A DNA stretch of 42,770 nucleotides from Eubacteriales bacterium (GCA_045576375.1 JAZNGI010000025.1:1-42770), one strand, 5' to 3'. Counted from the stretch's first letter, positions 17,756 to 25,967 are shown. Program-made: numbers and translations. The notes: a model not told the origin generated them from the letters alone.

Positions 17756-17784
17756 ATTTTATCATTTCAACGGTTTTTTGTCAA
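17756..17784 (-). promoter_or_regulatory. Near-consensus SigA promoter of the fumC-hdr-flx-frd operon
   Basis: Minus strand reads TTGACA (17784..17779), 17 nt ending in TGA, then TAAAAT (17761..17756). This leaves a ~170-nt 5' leader. Confidence 0.75.
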
Positions 17785-17930
17785 TAGCATTTCCGACAAC
17801 ATTCCCCCGGATTTGAATTATTTTTTACCGCTTCTGTCATAATTTGTTGTCAACTCTCAAAAAAACCAAGAAGAAAATGTTATTTTTAACATTTCCGAAC
17901 AAATAAATTGCATTTGGACGGCCAAACCGC

Positions 17931-17979
17931 TCTCTTAAAAAAAGAAAACGGAGGAAAGCCTTTTTCAAAGCTTTCCTCC
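17931..17979 (-). terminator. Rho-independent terminator of the dCMP deaminase/MATE operon
   Basis: A 10-bp stem GGAGGAAAGC/GCTTTCCTCC followed on the minus strand by GTTTTCTTTTTTT. Confidence 0.8.
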
Positions 17980-18002
17980 CGGAAAATCTATGGATGGATC
18001 CG

Positions 18003-19370
18003 TCACGGACTCTTTTGTTCCTTTCCCAGACGGGAAAGAACGGGCAGGTGAAGGATCAGAGCGGAAACAAAGCTGAGAGCATCCGCCAGAGGTTGGGCAA
18101 GAAGCACGCCCGTGAGCCCGAAAACAGCGGGCAGACCCAGCACCAGGGGAATGAAACAGATCCCCTGCCGTGCCACGGCAAGAACGCTTGCTCTGACCAC
18201 TCTTCCGATGTTTTGAAGCATCATGTTGCTCATGGTGGTGAAGCCCGCCAGCAAAAAGCCGGCGCACTGATAGCGAAGAGCACGGGCTCCTACCTCGATC
18301 ACCGCGGGATCGTCCCGAAAAAAGCTGACCAAGGGAGAAGCCAACAACACCCCCGCGGCACACAGCAGCACCAGCACCGCCGTGGAGGCGGCAACGCAGA
18401 GCCAAAACGCTTTTTTCACCCGATCGTAGCGGGCGGCACCGTAATTAAATCCGCACACGGGCTGGAAGCCCTGGCCGATACCGATGACGATGGAAAAGGA
18501 AAAGCCCATGATCTTGCTGACCACGCCCATGGCCGCAATGGCGGCGTCCACGGCGGCAGGATCTCCCGCCGCACGGCAAGCCATATTCAAACAGATCACG
18601 CTGAGGGCCATAAACCCTTGGCGCAACAAAGAAGGGAGCCCTCCCCGCACCATTTCCGAAAGATAGGCGCCATTCAGAGAAAACTGCCTCAGATCCAGCC
18701 CCAGACTCTTTTTTCTCATACAGCCCGCCAGAAGCACGAAGAAGCTCACCGTTTGGCTGATGACCGTTGCCCACGCCGCTCCCGCGATGCCCATTTGCAA
18801 CACGTTGATCAACAGAGGGTCCAGGGCAATGTTGAGCACGGCACCGCACACGATGCCCACCATTCCGTAAAGAGTGTTCCCCTGAAAGCGCAGTTGGTTA
18901 TTGAGATTAAAGGAAGCGCACATAAAGGGAGCACCCAGGAGAATGACTTGCATATAACTGAGAGCATAGGGCAAAATGGTTTGGGTGGAGCCCAAAAGAT
19001 AGGCAAGAGGCTCACGAAAGAGCAGACCGAAAAGGGCGATCAGCACCCCCGCGCCCAGCGAAAACACGAAGCCCACGGAGGCCATTTTTTTGGCCGAGGC
19101 AACGTCGCCCTGCCCCAAGCGTTTGGAAATGAAATTGCCGCTTCCGTGTCCGAAGAAGAAGCCGCAGGCCTGAATGATGCTCATCAGGCCGAAGGACACG
19201 CCCACCGCGCCCGTGGCGCCGGTGGAGATCTGTCCCACAAAATACGTGTCGGCCATGTTGTAAAGACTGGTGACCAGCATGCTAAGGATGGCGGGAACGG
19301 CAAGCCCCGCCACCAGCGGGCCCACGGGGGAAGTGAGCATCCGTTCGGTCTTTTCTTTTTGTTGGTTCAT
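18003..19370 (-). CDS. MATE family efflux transporter
   Basis: True start MNQQKEKTERMLTSPVGPLVAGLAVPAILSMLVTSLYNMADTYFVGQ after a GGGAG SD. About 12 predicted TM segments. The track N-terminal extension overlaps the upstream gene. Confidence 0.85.
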   Translation of the reverse strand: MNQQKEKTERMLTSPVGPLVAGLAVPAILSMLVTSLYNMADTYFVGQISTGATGAVGVSFGLMSIIQACGFFFGHGSGNFISKRLGQGDVASAKKMASVGFVFSLGAGVLIALFGLLFREPLAYLLGSTQTILPYALSYMQVILLGAPFMCASFNLNNQLRFQGNTLYGMVGIVCGAVLNIALDPLLINVLQMGIAGAAWATVISQTVSFFVLLAGCMRKKSLGLDLRQFSLNGAYLSEMVRGGLPSLLRQGFMALSVICLNMACRAAGDPAAVDAAIAAMGVVSKIMGFSFSIVIGIGQGFQPVCGFNYGAARYDRVKKAFWLCVAASTAVLVLLCAAGVLLASPLVSFFRDDPAVIEVGARALRYQCAGFLLAGFTTMSNMMLQNIGRVVRASVLAVARQGICFIPLVLGLPAVFGLTGVLLAQPLADALSFVSALILHLPVLSRLGKEQKSP

Positions 19371-19386
19371 TGGTACTCCCGAGAAA

Positions 19387-19869
19387 TCAATCCAGATCCA
19401 GGCGCAGAGTGATCTCTCGGCGCTTGGTTTGCAAGGGGCGGTAACGCACGCCCGCGGCGTCCAGCATCCGCTTGGAAGCAAGAGTGGAAGGGGTGGAGGC
19501 GTATTTATCCGAAAGATAAATCACCTCGCGGATCCCCGACTGAATGATCGCCTTGGCGCATTCGTTGCAGGGAAACAGAGCCACGTAGACGCGAGCCCCC
19601 CGCAGGGATTTTCCGTTGGCGTTGAGAATGGCATTCAGCTCCGCGTGGACCACGTAGGGATACTTGGTCTCCTCTCCCGTGCGCTCCCAGGGAAAGCAAT
19701 CGTCCCCACAGCCGCAGGGAAAGCCGTTATAGCCCGTGGAGAGAATGATGTTATCCTCACTGACGATGCAGGCACCCACCTGCGTGTTGGGGTCCTTGCT
19801 CCTTTGGGCGGCAAGCAAGGCGACTCCCATAAAATATTCTTCCCAGGAAATATAGTCTTCACGCTTCAT
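19387..19869 (-). CDS. Deoxycytidylate (dCMP) deaminase, ComEB-like
   Basis: Start MKREDYISWEEYFMGVALLAAQRS after a GGAGGA SD. Zinc motifs HAELNAI and PCNECAKAI. Confidence 0.9.
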   Translation of the reverse strand: MKREDYISWEEYFMGVALLAAQRSKDPNTQVGACIVSEDNIILSTGYNGFPCGCGDDCFPWERTGEETKYPYVVHAELNAILNANGKSLRGARVYVALFPCNECAKAIIQSGIREVIYLSDKYASTPSTLASKRMLDAAGVRYRPLQTKRREITLRLDLD

Positions 19870-19903
19870 CCGACCGTCCTCCGAAAAAACTTTTTTCTTT
19901 GGA

Positions 19904-19932
19904 ATTGTATCACAGAAGCGTCCGTTTGTCAA
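19904..19932 (-). promoter_or_regulatory. SigA promoter of the dCMP deaminase/MATE operon
   Basis: Minus strand reads TTGACA, 17 nt ending in TGA, then TACAAT. Confidence 0.7.
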
Positions 19933-20012
19933 CCGAGGCGCAAGAGACCGGGGATCCCCCCGAAAAAAACGACAAAAATGCAAAAAAGTTTTACCAAAAT
20001 TTCATTTTACTA

Positions 20013-20041
20013 TTGAATAAATCGGGAAAAAGATATATAAT
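20013..20041 (+). promoter_or_regulatory. SigA promoter of asnS
   Basis: TTGAAT, 17 nt, TATAAT. The leader is only ~77 nt. Confidence 0.65.
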
Positions 20042-20118
20042 ATGATAAGTTACGGTCAGAATCTGAAATATTCCCGCCGAAGAGAATCATTTTCAACATC
20101 TCGGAAAGGATAAAAGCC

Positions 20119-21519
20119 ATGTACCCAAAGAGAATCCAGGTTTCCCAACTGTTTTTAAACCAAACGACCTACGCCGACACCAAGATCACCGTTGCCGGTT
20201 GGATCCGCACTCTGCGCGCCAGCAACCAGTTCGGCTTTATTGAACTGAACGACGGAAGCTGCCACAAAAACCTTCAGGTGGTTTTTGAAAGCGATATTAT
20301 CGACAATTATAAGGAGATCGCCCATCAGAACATCGGCGCATCTTTGCGGGTGGAAGGAACCTTCGTTCTCACCCCCGAGGCCAAGCAGCCCTTTGAGCTG
20401 AAAGCGGAGAAGATCTTCGTGGAGGGCACCTCCACCCCCGACTATCCCTTGCAGAAAAAGCGCCACAGCCCCGAGTTTCTGCGCACCATCGCTCATCTGC
20501 GTCCCCGGGCCAACACCTTCAGCGCGGTGTTCCGCGTGCGCTCTGCTGCGGCCTTTGCCATCCACCGTTTCTTCCAGGAGAAGGGCTTCGTTTACGTGAA
20601 CACCCCTCTGATCACGGGAAGCGACTGCGAGGGCGCGGGAGAAATGTTTCGCGTGACCACTTTGGATCTTGACGATCTTCCCCGCACCGAGGACGGCAAG
20701 GTGGACTTTTCCAAGGACTTCTTCGGCAAGAGCACCAACCTCACCGTTTCCGGACAGCTCAACGGCGAGTGCTTTGCCATGGCCTACGCCAACATTTACA
20801 CCTTCGGCCCCACCTTCCGCGCGGAAAATTCCAACACCCAAAGACACGCGGCGGAATTTTGGATGATCGAGCCCGAAATGGCCTTTGCCGACCTGGAGGA
20901 CGATTGCAACATTGCCGAGGAAATGGTAAAATACATCGTTTCCTACGTGTTGGAGACCTGTCCTCAGGACATGGAGTTCTTTAACCGCTTCATCGACACC
21001 TCTTTGCTGGAGCGTCTGAACGCTCTGGTGAAAAGCGATTTCGGCCGAGTGACCTACACCCAGGCCATTGAGATCCTGCAAAAGGCCGATGCGGATTTTG
21101 AATATCCCGTGAGCTGGGGAATGGATCTGCAGACCGAGCACGAAAGATATCTCACCGAAAAGGTGTTTAAAAAGCCCATTTTCCTCACCGATTATCCCAA
21201 AGACATCAAGGCCTTCTATATGCGCCTCAACGATGACGCCAAGACCGTTGCCCCAGCGGATATGCTGGTGCCCGGGGTGGGCGAGCTCATCGGCGGAAGC
21301 CAGAGAGAAGAGCGCCTGGATCTTTTGGAAGAGCGCATCACCCAACTGGGAATGGATCCCAAGGACTACTGGTGGTACCTGGATCTGAGAAAGTACGGCG
21401 GCGTGAAACACGCAGGCTTCGGTCTGGGCTTTGAAAGAATGGTGATGTATCTCACCGGCATCAACAACATCCGCGACGTGGAAGCCTTCCCCAGAACCGT
21501 TTCCAACGCAGAATTTTAA
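20119..21519 (+). CDS. asnS: Asparagine--tRNA ligase
   Basis: 466 aa. Class IIb OB-fold N-terminus (VAGWIRTLR), FRVRS, GEMF, FRAE.S.T.RH..EFWM.EPE, GGSQRE and GFGLGFER motifs. Confidence 0.95.
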   Translation: MYPKRIQVSQLFLNQTTYADTKITVAGWIRTLRASNQFGFIELNDGSCHKNLQVVFESDIIDNYKEIAHQNIGASLRVEGTFVLTPEAKQPFELKAEKIFVEGTSTPDYPLQKKRHSPEFLRTIAHLRPRANTFSAVFRVRSAAAFAIHRFFQEKGFVYVNTPLITGSDCEGAGEMFRVTTLDLDDLPRTEDGKVDFSKDFFGKSTNLTVSGQLNGECFAMAYANIYTFGPTFRAENSNTQRHAAEFWMIEPEMAFADLEDDCNIAEEMVKYIVSYVLETCPQDMEFFNRFIDTSLLERLNALVKSDFGRVTYTQAIEILQKADADFEYPVSWGMDLQTEHERYLTEKVFKKPIFLTDYPKDIKAFYMRLNDDAKTVAPADMLVPGVGELIGGSQREERLDLLEERITQLGMDPKDYWWYLDLRKYGGVKHAGFGLGFERMVMYLTGINNIRDVEAFPRTVSNAEF

Positions 21520-21543
21520 TCCCCAAGGAGTGTTTTCTTTTCC

Positions 21544-22836
21544 ATGAGTTATGATTCCCTTTCCCTTTCACAGCTTCTGGCGGAAAAAGAAGCGGTGGAA
21601 GCACAATACAATGAACAAAAAAATTTAAAGCTTTCTTTGGATATGTCCCGAGGGAAGCCCTCCAAGCTGCAGAGCGATCTTTCCGAAGCCCTTCTGACGG
21701 TGCTGAACGGCAACGGCGACTGCGTTTCCGAAGAAGGGATCGACTGCCGAAACTACGGATTCCCCCAGGGGCTCCTGGAAGTGAGAAGGATCTTCGCCCC
21801 CATTTTGGGCGTCAGCGAGGACGAGATCGTGGCCTGCGGCAACTCCACCCTGAACCTGATGTACGACTGCATCAGCGACGGAATGCTCTTCGGCTTTCCC
21901 GAAAGTGAAAAGCCCTGGGGCAAATACGACAAGGTGAAATTTCTCTGTCCCTCTCCCGGCTACGACCGCCACTTCGGCATCACCGAGGCCATGGGAATGG
22001 AGCTGATCCCGGTGGATATGCTCCCCACGGGGCCCGATATGGACGCGGTGGAACGGCTGGCCGCGCAGGACGAACGCATCAAAGGCATTTGGTGCGTTCC
22101 CAAATACTCCAACCCCGACGGCTACGTTTACTCCGACGAAACGGTGAAGCGCCTGGCAAATATGAAGTGCGCCGCTCCGGACTTCAAGATCTTTTGGGAC
22201 AACGCTTACTGCATTCACGATCTTTACGAGGAGTCCGTTCCTCTTCTGAATATTTTAGAGGAATGCAAGAAGGCAGGCAATCCCGATCGGGTGCTGATGT
22301 TTTTCTCCACCTCCAAGATCACCCACGCAGGGGCGGGCATTGCCTTCTTCGCGGGAAGCGAGGGCTCCGTGAAGAATTTCGTGAAGCGTTCTTCCGTGCG
22401 CATCATCGGCTACGACAAGATCAACCAGCTCCGCCACGCCCGTTATTTCAAGACCACCGAGGCGGTGTACGCCCACATGAAGCAGCACGCACGGCTTCTC
22501 CGACCCAAATTCGAGATCGTGTGCAACACCCTGGAAGAGCTTCTTGCTCCCACGGGCATTGCTTCCTGGAACAAGCCCCGCGGCGGCTATTTTGTGAGTC
22601 TGAACGTGATGGAAGGCACCGCCACCCGGGTGTATCGCCTGGCGGCAGAGGCGGGTGTGACGCTCACCAACGTGGGTGCCACCTTCCCCTACGGCAAGGA
22701 CCCCAAGGACAGTAACATCCGCATCTCTCCCAGCGCCGTCAGCGAAGAGGAGCTTTCCCAAGCCATCTGCATCCTGTGCATCTGCGCCAAGCTTGCCGCT
22801 TTAAACAAGCTTCTGGAGCAAAAAAAGCAAAGTTAA
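21544..22836 (+). CDS. PLP-dependent aminotransferase, fold type I (aspartate-aminotransferase-like)
   Basis: 430 aa. SRGKPS, NPDG, FSTSKITHAGAGIAF (Schiff-base Lys context), PRGGYF. 24-nt gap after asnS. Confidence 0.75.
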   Translation: MSYDSLSLSQLLAEKEAVEAQYNEQKNLKLSLDMSRGKPSKLQSDLSEALLTVLNGNGDCVSEEGIDCRNYGFPQGLLEVRRIFAPILGVSEDEIVACGNSTLNLMYDCISDGMLFGFPESEKPWGKYDKVKFLCPSPGYDRHFGITEAMGMELIPVDMLPTGPDMDAVERLAAQDERIKGIWCVPKYSNPDGYVYSDETVKRLANMKCAAPDFKIFWDNAYCIHDLYEESVPLLNILEECKKAGNPDRVLMFFSTSKITHAGAGIAFFAGSEGSVKNFVKRSSVRIIGYDKINQLRHARYFKTTEAVYAHMKQHARLLRPKFEIVCNTLEELLAPTGIASWNKPRGGYFVSLNVMEGTATRVYRLAAEAGVTLTNVGATFPYGKDPKDSNIRISPSAVSEEELSQAICILCICAKLAALNKLLEQKKQS

Positions 22837-22847
22837 TAATTTGTTTA

Positions 22848-22876
22848 TTGACTCTCAATACCAAGGAAGGTATAAT
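22848..22876 (+). promoter_or_regulatory. SigA promoter of the secD/secF-like pair
   Basis: TTGACT, 17 nt, TATAAT. Confidence 0.65.
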
Positions 22877-22928
22877 AATACATATCTGTTCTGATTCAGT
22901 ACATTCAAGGAAGGATTGAAAAATAATT

Positions 22929-24170
22929 ATGGCAAAAAGCATCATGAAATTTGCTCTGGCGTTTCTGCTTGCCGTTGTTGCGGTGATGATCCCTCTGTTG
23001 GGAATCCCTCAACTGGGATATTCGGGTCTGCTCAGCGACGACGACATTAACATCTCCAACGAGCTGGCAGAGGGTCAGTTGGTGCGTTTGTTTCTGTCGG
23101 TGAACACCGATCAGGGAGAAGAGGTTCTGAAGAATAACGCCAACAGGACCGCGGAGATCCTCCGCAACCGTCTCTCCTCCATGGGCTATTACGAGTCCGA
23201 CGTGGCCTTGCTCTCCAACCGCGACGTGATCTTCACCCTCCCCTTTAACGCAGACGTTTCTTTGGTGAAGAACAAGCTTTCCGCAACGGGCAACTTCATC
23301 TTCAAGGATGCCGACTCCAAGGAAATCATTTCCTCCAAGGACATTGAAGCCTGCTCCGTTTATTCCCAGGCTACCGCTTCGGGAACCATTGAATATTACC
23401 TGGGCTTCCACCTGGGCGACGAGGCAATGAAGCTTTACACCGAAAAAACAACGGAGATCTCCAAATCCACCGATAAGACCATTCAGCTCTACGTGGATTC
23501 CACCAGCCTTTCCTCTCTGAAGGTGGAAGAGGCAGTGACCGAGAACGATTTCACCATCGGGCCTTTTGCATACGACGACGCCTTTTGGTACGCATCCATG
23601 ATCAACGCAGGCCCCCTGCCCCAGGCAGTTGCTCCCGCCACTTACGCGGTGGAGCCCGTGCTGAGGGAAGGTTCGTTTCACATGCTCTTTGTGGCGGCTC
23701 TGATCGCTGTGATCGTGATCGCCGTGGCAGCCGTGGTCTTCCTGAAGCTTTCCGGCCTGGCCGTGGCCTTCGGCACCGTGTGCGCCCTGGGCGTTGCTTT
23801 GGCGCTCAACTCCGCCTTTGATCTGGGCGTAAGCCTGGCAGGCGTCTGCTGTATGTTCTTTGCGGCCATCCTCACGCTGTTTGCCCTGATCTGCGTGCTT
23901 CTTGCGGCAAAAGACGAGCCCTCCTCCAACGCATACACCTGCTTGAAAAACGCACTCAGGAAGAAAGCTTGGTTCTTGATCGACGTTTTGGCTCTGCCCT
24001 TTGCCATCAGCCTGGCAATGATGATCTACGGCAACGTGTTCACCCAAACCTTTGCCAACCTTGTTTTCATCTCCGTGCTGGCCTGCGCAATAGGACTGTT
24101 GGTTGCCCTGTTGGTGATCAGCGCCCTGGCCGATGCCCAGCGCAACAAATCCAGCGTTTTCCCCAACTGA
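22929..24170 (+). CDS. SecD-like membrane protein (divergent; conserved proton-path motif degenerate)
   Basis: 413 aa. N-terminal TM segment, ~230-aa periplasmic-type domain, then 5 C-terminal TM segments that align in architecture with SecD. It sits next to a SecF-like gene. Confidence 0.6.
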   Translation: MAKSIMKFALAFLLAVVAVMIPLLGIPQLGYSGLLSDDDINISNELAEGQLVRLFLSVNTDQGEEVLKNNANRTAEILRNRLSSMGYYESDVALLSNRDVIFTLPFNADVSLVKNKLSATGNFIFKDADSKEIISSKDIEACSVYSQATASGTIEYYLGFHLGDEAMKLYTEKTTEISKSTDKTIQLYVDSTSLSSLKVEEAVTENDFTIGPFAYDDAFWYASMINAGPLPQAVAPATYAVEPVLREGSFHMLFVAALIAVIVIAVAAVVFLKLSGLAVAFGTVCALGVALALNSAFDLGVSLAGVCCMFFAAILTLFALICVLLAAKDEPSSNAYTCLKNALRKKAWFLIDVLALPFAISLAMMIYGNVFTQTFANLVFISVLACAIGLLVALLVISALADAQRNKSSVFPN

Positions 24171-24189
24171 GAAAGGCGGTGCAACAAAA

Positions 24190-25017
24190 ATGAAAAAGAA
24201 CAACGTGGAAACCGTGTCCATCGCCCCCAACAAGCTTCTGACCCTGGTGATCGCTTTGGTGCTGATCGCCGTCAGCGCTCTTCTTTGTGTTGTGAAGGGA
24301 ATCAACTTTAACACCGAATTCGGCGGCGGTGCTGCCATCTCCGTCACCTTTGGAGCAGAGCCCTCCCAAGAGGACATTGACAAGGCAGTGAATGCCGTGA
24401 AAGCCAACACCTCCGCAAAAGTGATCTCCGTTCAGAAGTACGGCACGGATGCCGTGCTGATCCGCACCGGAACGCTGGGAGATCCCGAGCAGTTTCGGGA
24501 AGCGGTGAGCAACACCCTTTCTATCAACAAGGATCTCATCAAAGCCGCCAATACGGACCGCTACGTGAGCAAGGACGCGCTCATCTCCATTGCTTACAGT
24601 CTGCTGATCGCGGGAGGCATCGCTTTGGTGTACTTCGCTCTGCGCTTCGGCATCCTCTCCGCTGTGGGAACTCTGTTCGGCATGATCGTGACTGCGGCCC
24701 TGTGGCTGCTTCCCTACACTCTGTTCTGTGTGTTTGATTACAAGGCGTTCACGGTTCTTTCCGTGGGAATCGCCGTGTTCGTCATCGAGAACGCGCTGAC
24801 TTACGGCAAGAAGATCCGCAAGGCGTCCGACGTGAACATTGCTCCCGCCCTGCGCCCCGTTCTTCTGGTAACGATCCTGGGCGTGGTGTCAAGCCTGATC
24901 CTGGGAATCGCAGGCAACCTTTGGAGCATTGCTCTTCCCCTGTGCTTCACCCTTCTGGGTGCGGCGTTCAGCTCCCTGCTTGCCTCCGGCGCCTTCGTGC
25001 TGATGTTCAAGAAATAA
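24190..25017 (+). CDS. SecF-like membrane protein (divergent)
   Basis: Start MKKNNVETVSIAPNKLLTL. GINFNTEFGGG resembles the SecF G(I/L)DF.GG motif. Small P1-type domain plus 5 TM segments. Confidence 0.65.
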   Translation: MKKNNVETVSIAPNKLLTLVIALVLIAVSALLCVVKGINFNTEFGGGAAISVTFGAEPSQEDIDKAVNAVKANTSAKVISVQKYGTDAVLIRTGTLGDPEQFREAVSNTLSINKDLIKAANTDRYVSKDALISIAYSLLIAGGIALVYFALRFGILSAVGTLFGMIVTAALWLLPYTLFCVFDYKAFTVLSVGIAVFVIENALTYGKKIRKASDVNIAPALRPVLLVTILGVVSSLILGIAGNLWSIALPLCFTLLGAAFSSLLASGAFVLMFKK

Positions 25018-25030
25018 GAAAAAGCAAACG

Positions 25031-25058
25031 TCGCCGGGCAGTTCGCCCGGCGATTTTT
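25031..25058 (+). terminator. Rho-independent terminator after the secF-like gene
   Basis: TCGCCGGGC-agttc-GCCCGGCGA followed by TTTTT. Confidence 0.75.
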
Positions 25059-25079
25059 CACCATAAAAGGAGAAAGAAT

Positions 25080-25478
25080 ATGTCCGATCTTCAAGAAGCA
25101 AGAGAGTTTTTTTCTCAGGACCGCTACGCCACCAAATCCACGGGCATCGTGATCGACGAAGTGAGCAAGGGTTACGCCCGCTGTTCCCTGGTTCTCACCG
25201 ACGATCACAAAAACGCCGTGGGCCACGTGATGGGCGGCGTGATGTTCACTTTGGCAGATTTCGTGTTCGCCGTGGCCACCAACTTCCGTCAGCCCCCCAC
25301 CGTCACCGTGACAAGCCAGATCAGTTACCTTGCCTCTCCCAAAGGAACGGTGCTGACCGGCGAAAGCCGCCCGGTGAAGGACGGCAAGCGCAACTGCTTT
25401 TATCAGGTGGCCGTCACCGATGACTTGGGCACACAGGTGGCGCTGGTGAACATTTGCGGCGCCCATCTGCTAAAATAA
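25080..25478 (+). CDS. PaaI/hotdog-fold acyl-CoA thioesterase
   Basis: Start MSDLQEAREFFSQDRYA after an AAAGGAG SD. HVMGGVMFTLADFVFAVA is typical of the PaaI family. Confidence 0.8.
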   Translation: MSDLQEAREFFSQDRYATKSTGIVIDEVSKGYARCSLVLTDDHKNAVGHVMGGVMFTLADFVFAVATNFRQPPTVTVTSQISYLASPKGTVLTGESRPVKDGKRNCFYQVAVTDDLGTQVALVNICGAHLLK

Positions 25479-25562
25479 GAAAATTACCATTGCCCCGCCC
25501 CATCGTTTGGTTCCCCCCTGTTTTCAGTTGGGCGGCAGCCCAAACCCACGAACAACAAAAAA

Positions 25563-25594
25563 AGAGAAGATTCTCACGAGTCTTCTCTTTTTTG
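25563..25594. terminator. Bidirectional rho-independent terminator
   Basis: A-run, then an 11-bp stem AGAGAAGAUUC/GAGUCUUCUCU with a UCAC loop, then TTTTTT. Confidence 0.8.
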
Positions 25595-25601
25595 TCTATA
25601 T

Positions 25602-25768
25602 AGTGATATGCTGACTAAAGTCAGCGTGATATTTTCGCTTTGCGAAAGTGGTATGAAACCCGTCGGTTTCGTGATGTTCTATTCCCTTTTAACTTGCGTA
25701 GCAAATATCACTCGGCGTAAGGCGAATATCACTGCGAAGCAATATAACTCGCTCTAGGCGAATAGAGT
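25602..25768. repeat. Array of eight phased heptamers, each flanking a different small palindrome. Four are forward (GTGATAT-like) and four are inverted (ATATCAC-like).
   Basis: Forward copies: GTGATAT at 25603 and 25626, GTGGTAT at 25648, GTGATGT at 25671 (spacing 23/22/23). Inverted copies: ATATCAC at 25705 and 25726, ATATAAC at 25742, ATAGAGT at 25762. The intervening hairpins have unrelated stems: CTGACT/AGTCAG, TTTCGC/GCGAAA, GAAACC/GGTTTC, TTGC/GCAA, TCG/CGA, TGC/GCA, TCGC/GCGA. Confidence 0.7.
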
Positions 25769-25769
25769 T

Positions 25770-25797
25770 GCGAGATACTCCGCTTGGAGTATCTCGC
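25770..25797. repeat. Perfect 12-bp hairpin closing the heptamer array
   Basis: GCGAGATACTCC-GCTT-GGAGTATCTCGC. Confidence 0.8.
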
Positions 25798-25909
25798 TAA
25801 AGGGTAACGGTGTTCTTTTGCAAAAAAATGTTTTTTAGTTCTTGGAGAATTACCGTTTTTATGTTATGTATTACAATATTTATCATTGTTTTTTGGGTAT
25901 TGTGCGGAA

Positions 25910-25938
25910 TTGACAAAAACATTCCCCTATGATAGAAT
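25910..25938 (+). promoter_or_regulatory. SigA promoter (extended -10) driving the sORF cassette
   Basis: TTGACA, 17 nt ending in TGA, then TAGAAT. Confidence 0.65.
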
Positions 25939-25967
25939 GAAGTTACCAAGAAAAGGAGGAAACGCCA

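Noticed and set aside
16224-19412. 459-aa (16224..17603) and 472-aa (17994..19412) plus-strand ORFs opposite fumC and the MATE gene
   Set aside because: Both are antisense to genes with unambiguous homology. Their composition is biased (H/G/Q/R-rich) and neither has translation signals.
20042-20118. T-box leaders upstream of asnS (and upstream of valS at 38576..38591)
   Set aside because: The leaders are ~77 nt and 16 nt. That is far too short for a T-box (about 200 nt or more), and no AGGGUGGNACCGCG-type T-box sequence is present.
22905-24410. 501-aa minus-strand ORF opposite the SecD-like gene. The same applies to 33113..34765 (550 aa), 37136..38611 (491 aa), 20155..21411 (418 aa), 4766..5983 (405 aa), 30606..31976 (456 aa) and 10628..12678.
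   Set aside because: All lie antisense to better-supported genes, lack SD sequences and have shadow-frame composition. I treat them as artefacts of high GC3 on the coding strand.
25602-25768. Interpretation of the heptamers as omega/ParB-type WATCACW centromere heptads (inc18 plasmids), DnaA boxes, parS or a CRISPR array
   Set aside because: - The ATCAC core matches the omega heptad, but omega sites are contiguous heptads, not spaced by ~22 bp.
- There is no match to TTATCCACA or to the parS palindrome.
- The repeats are far too short and the spacers too structured for CRISPR, and there are no cas genes.

The array is kept as an unexplained finding, not a named element.
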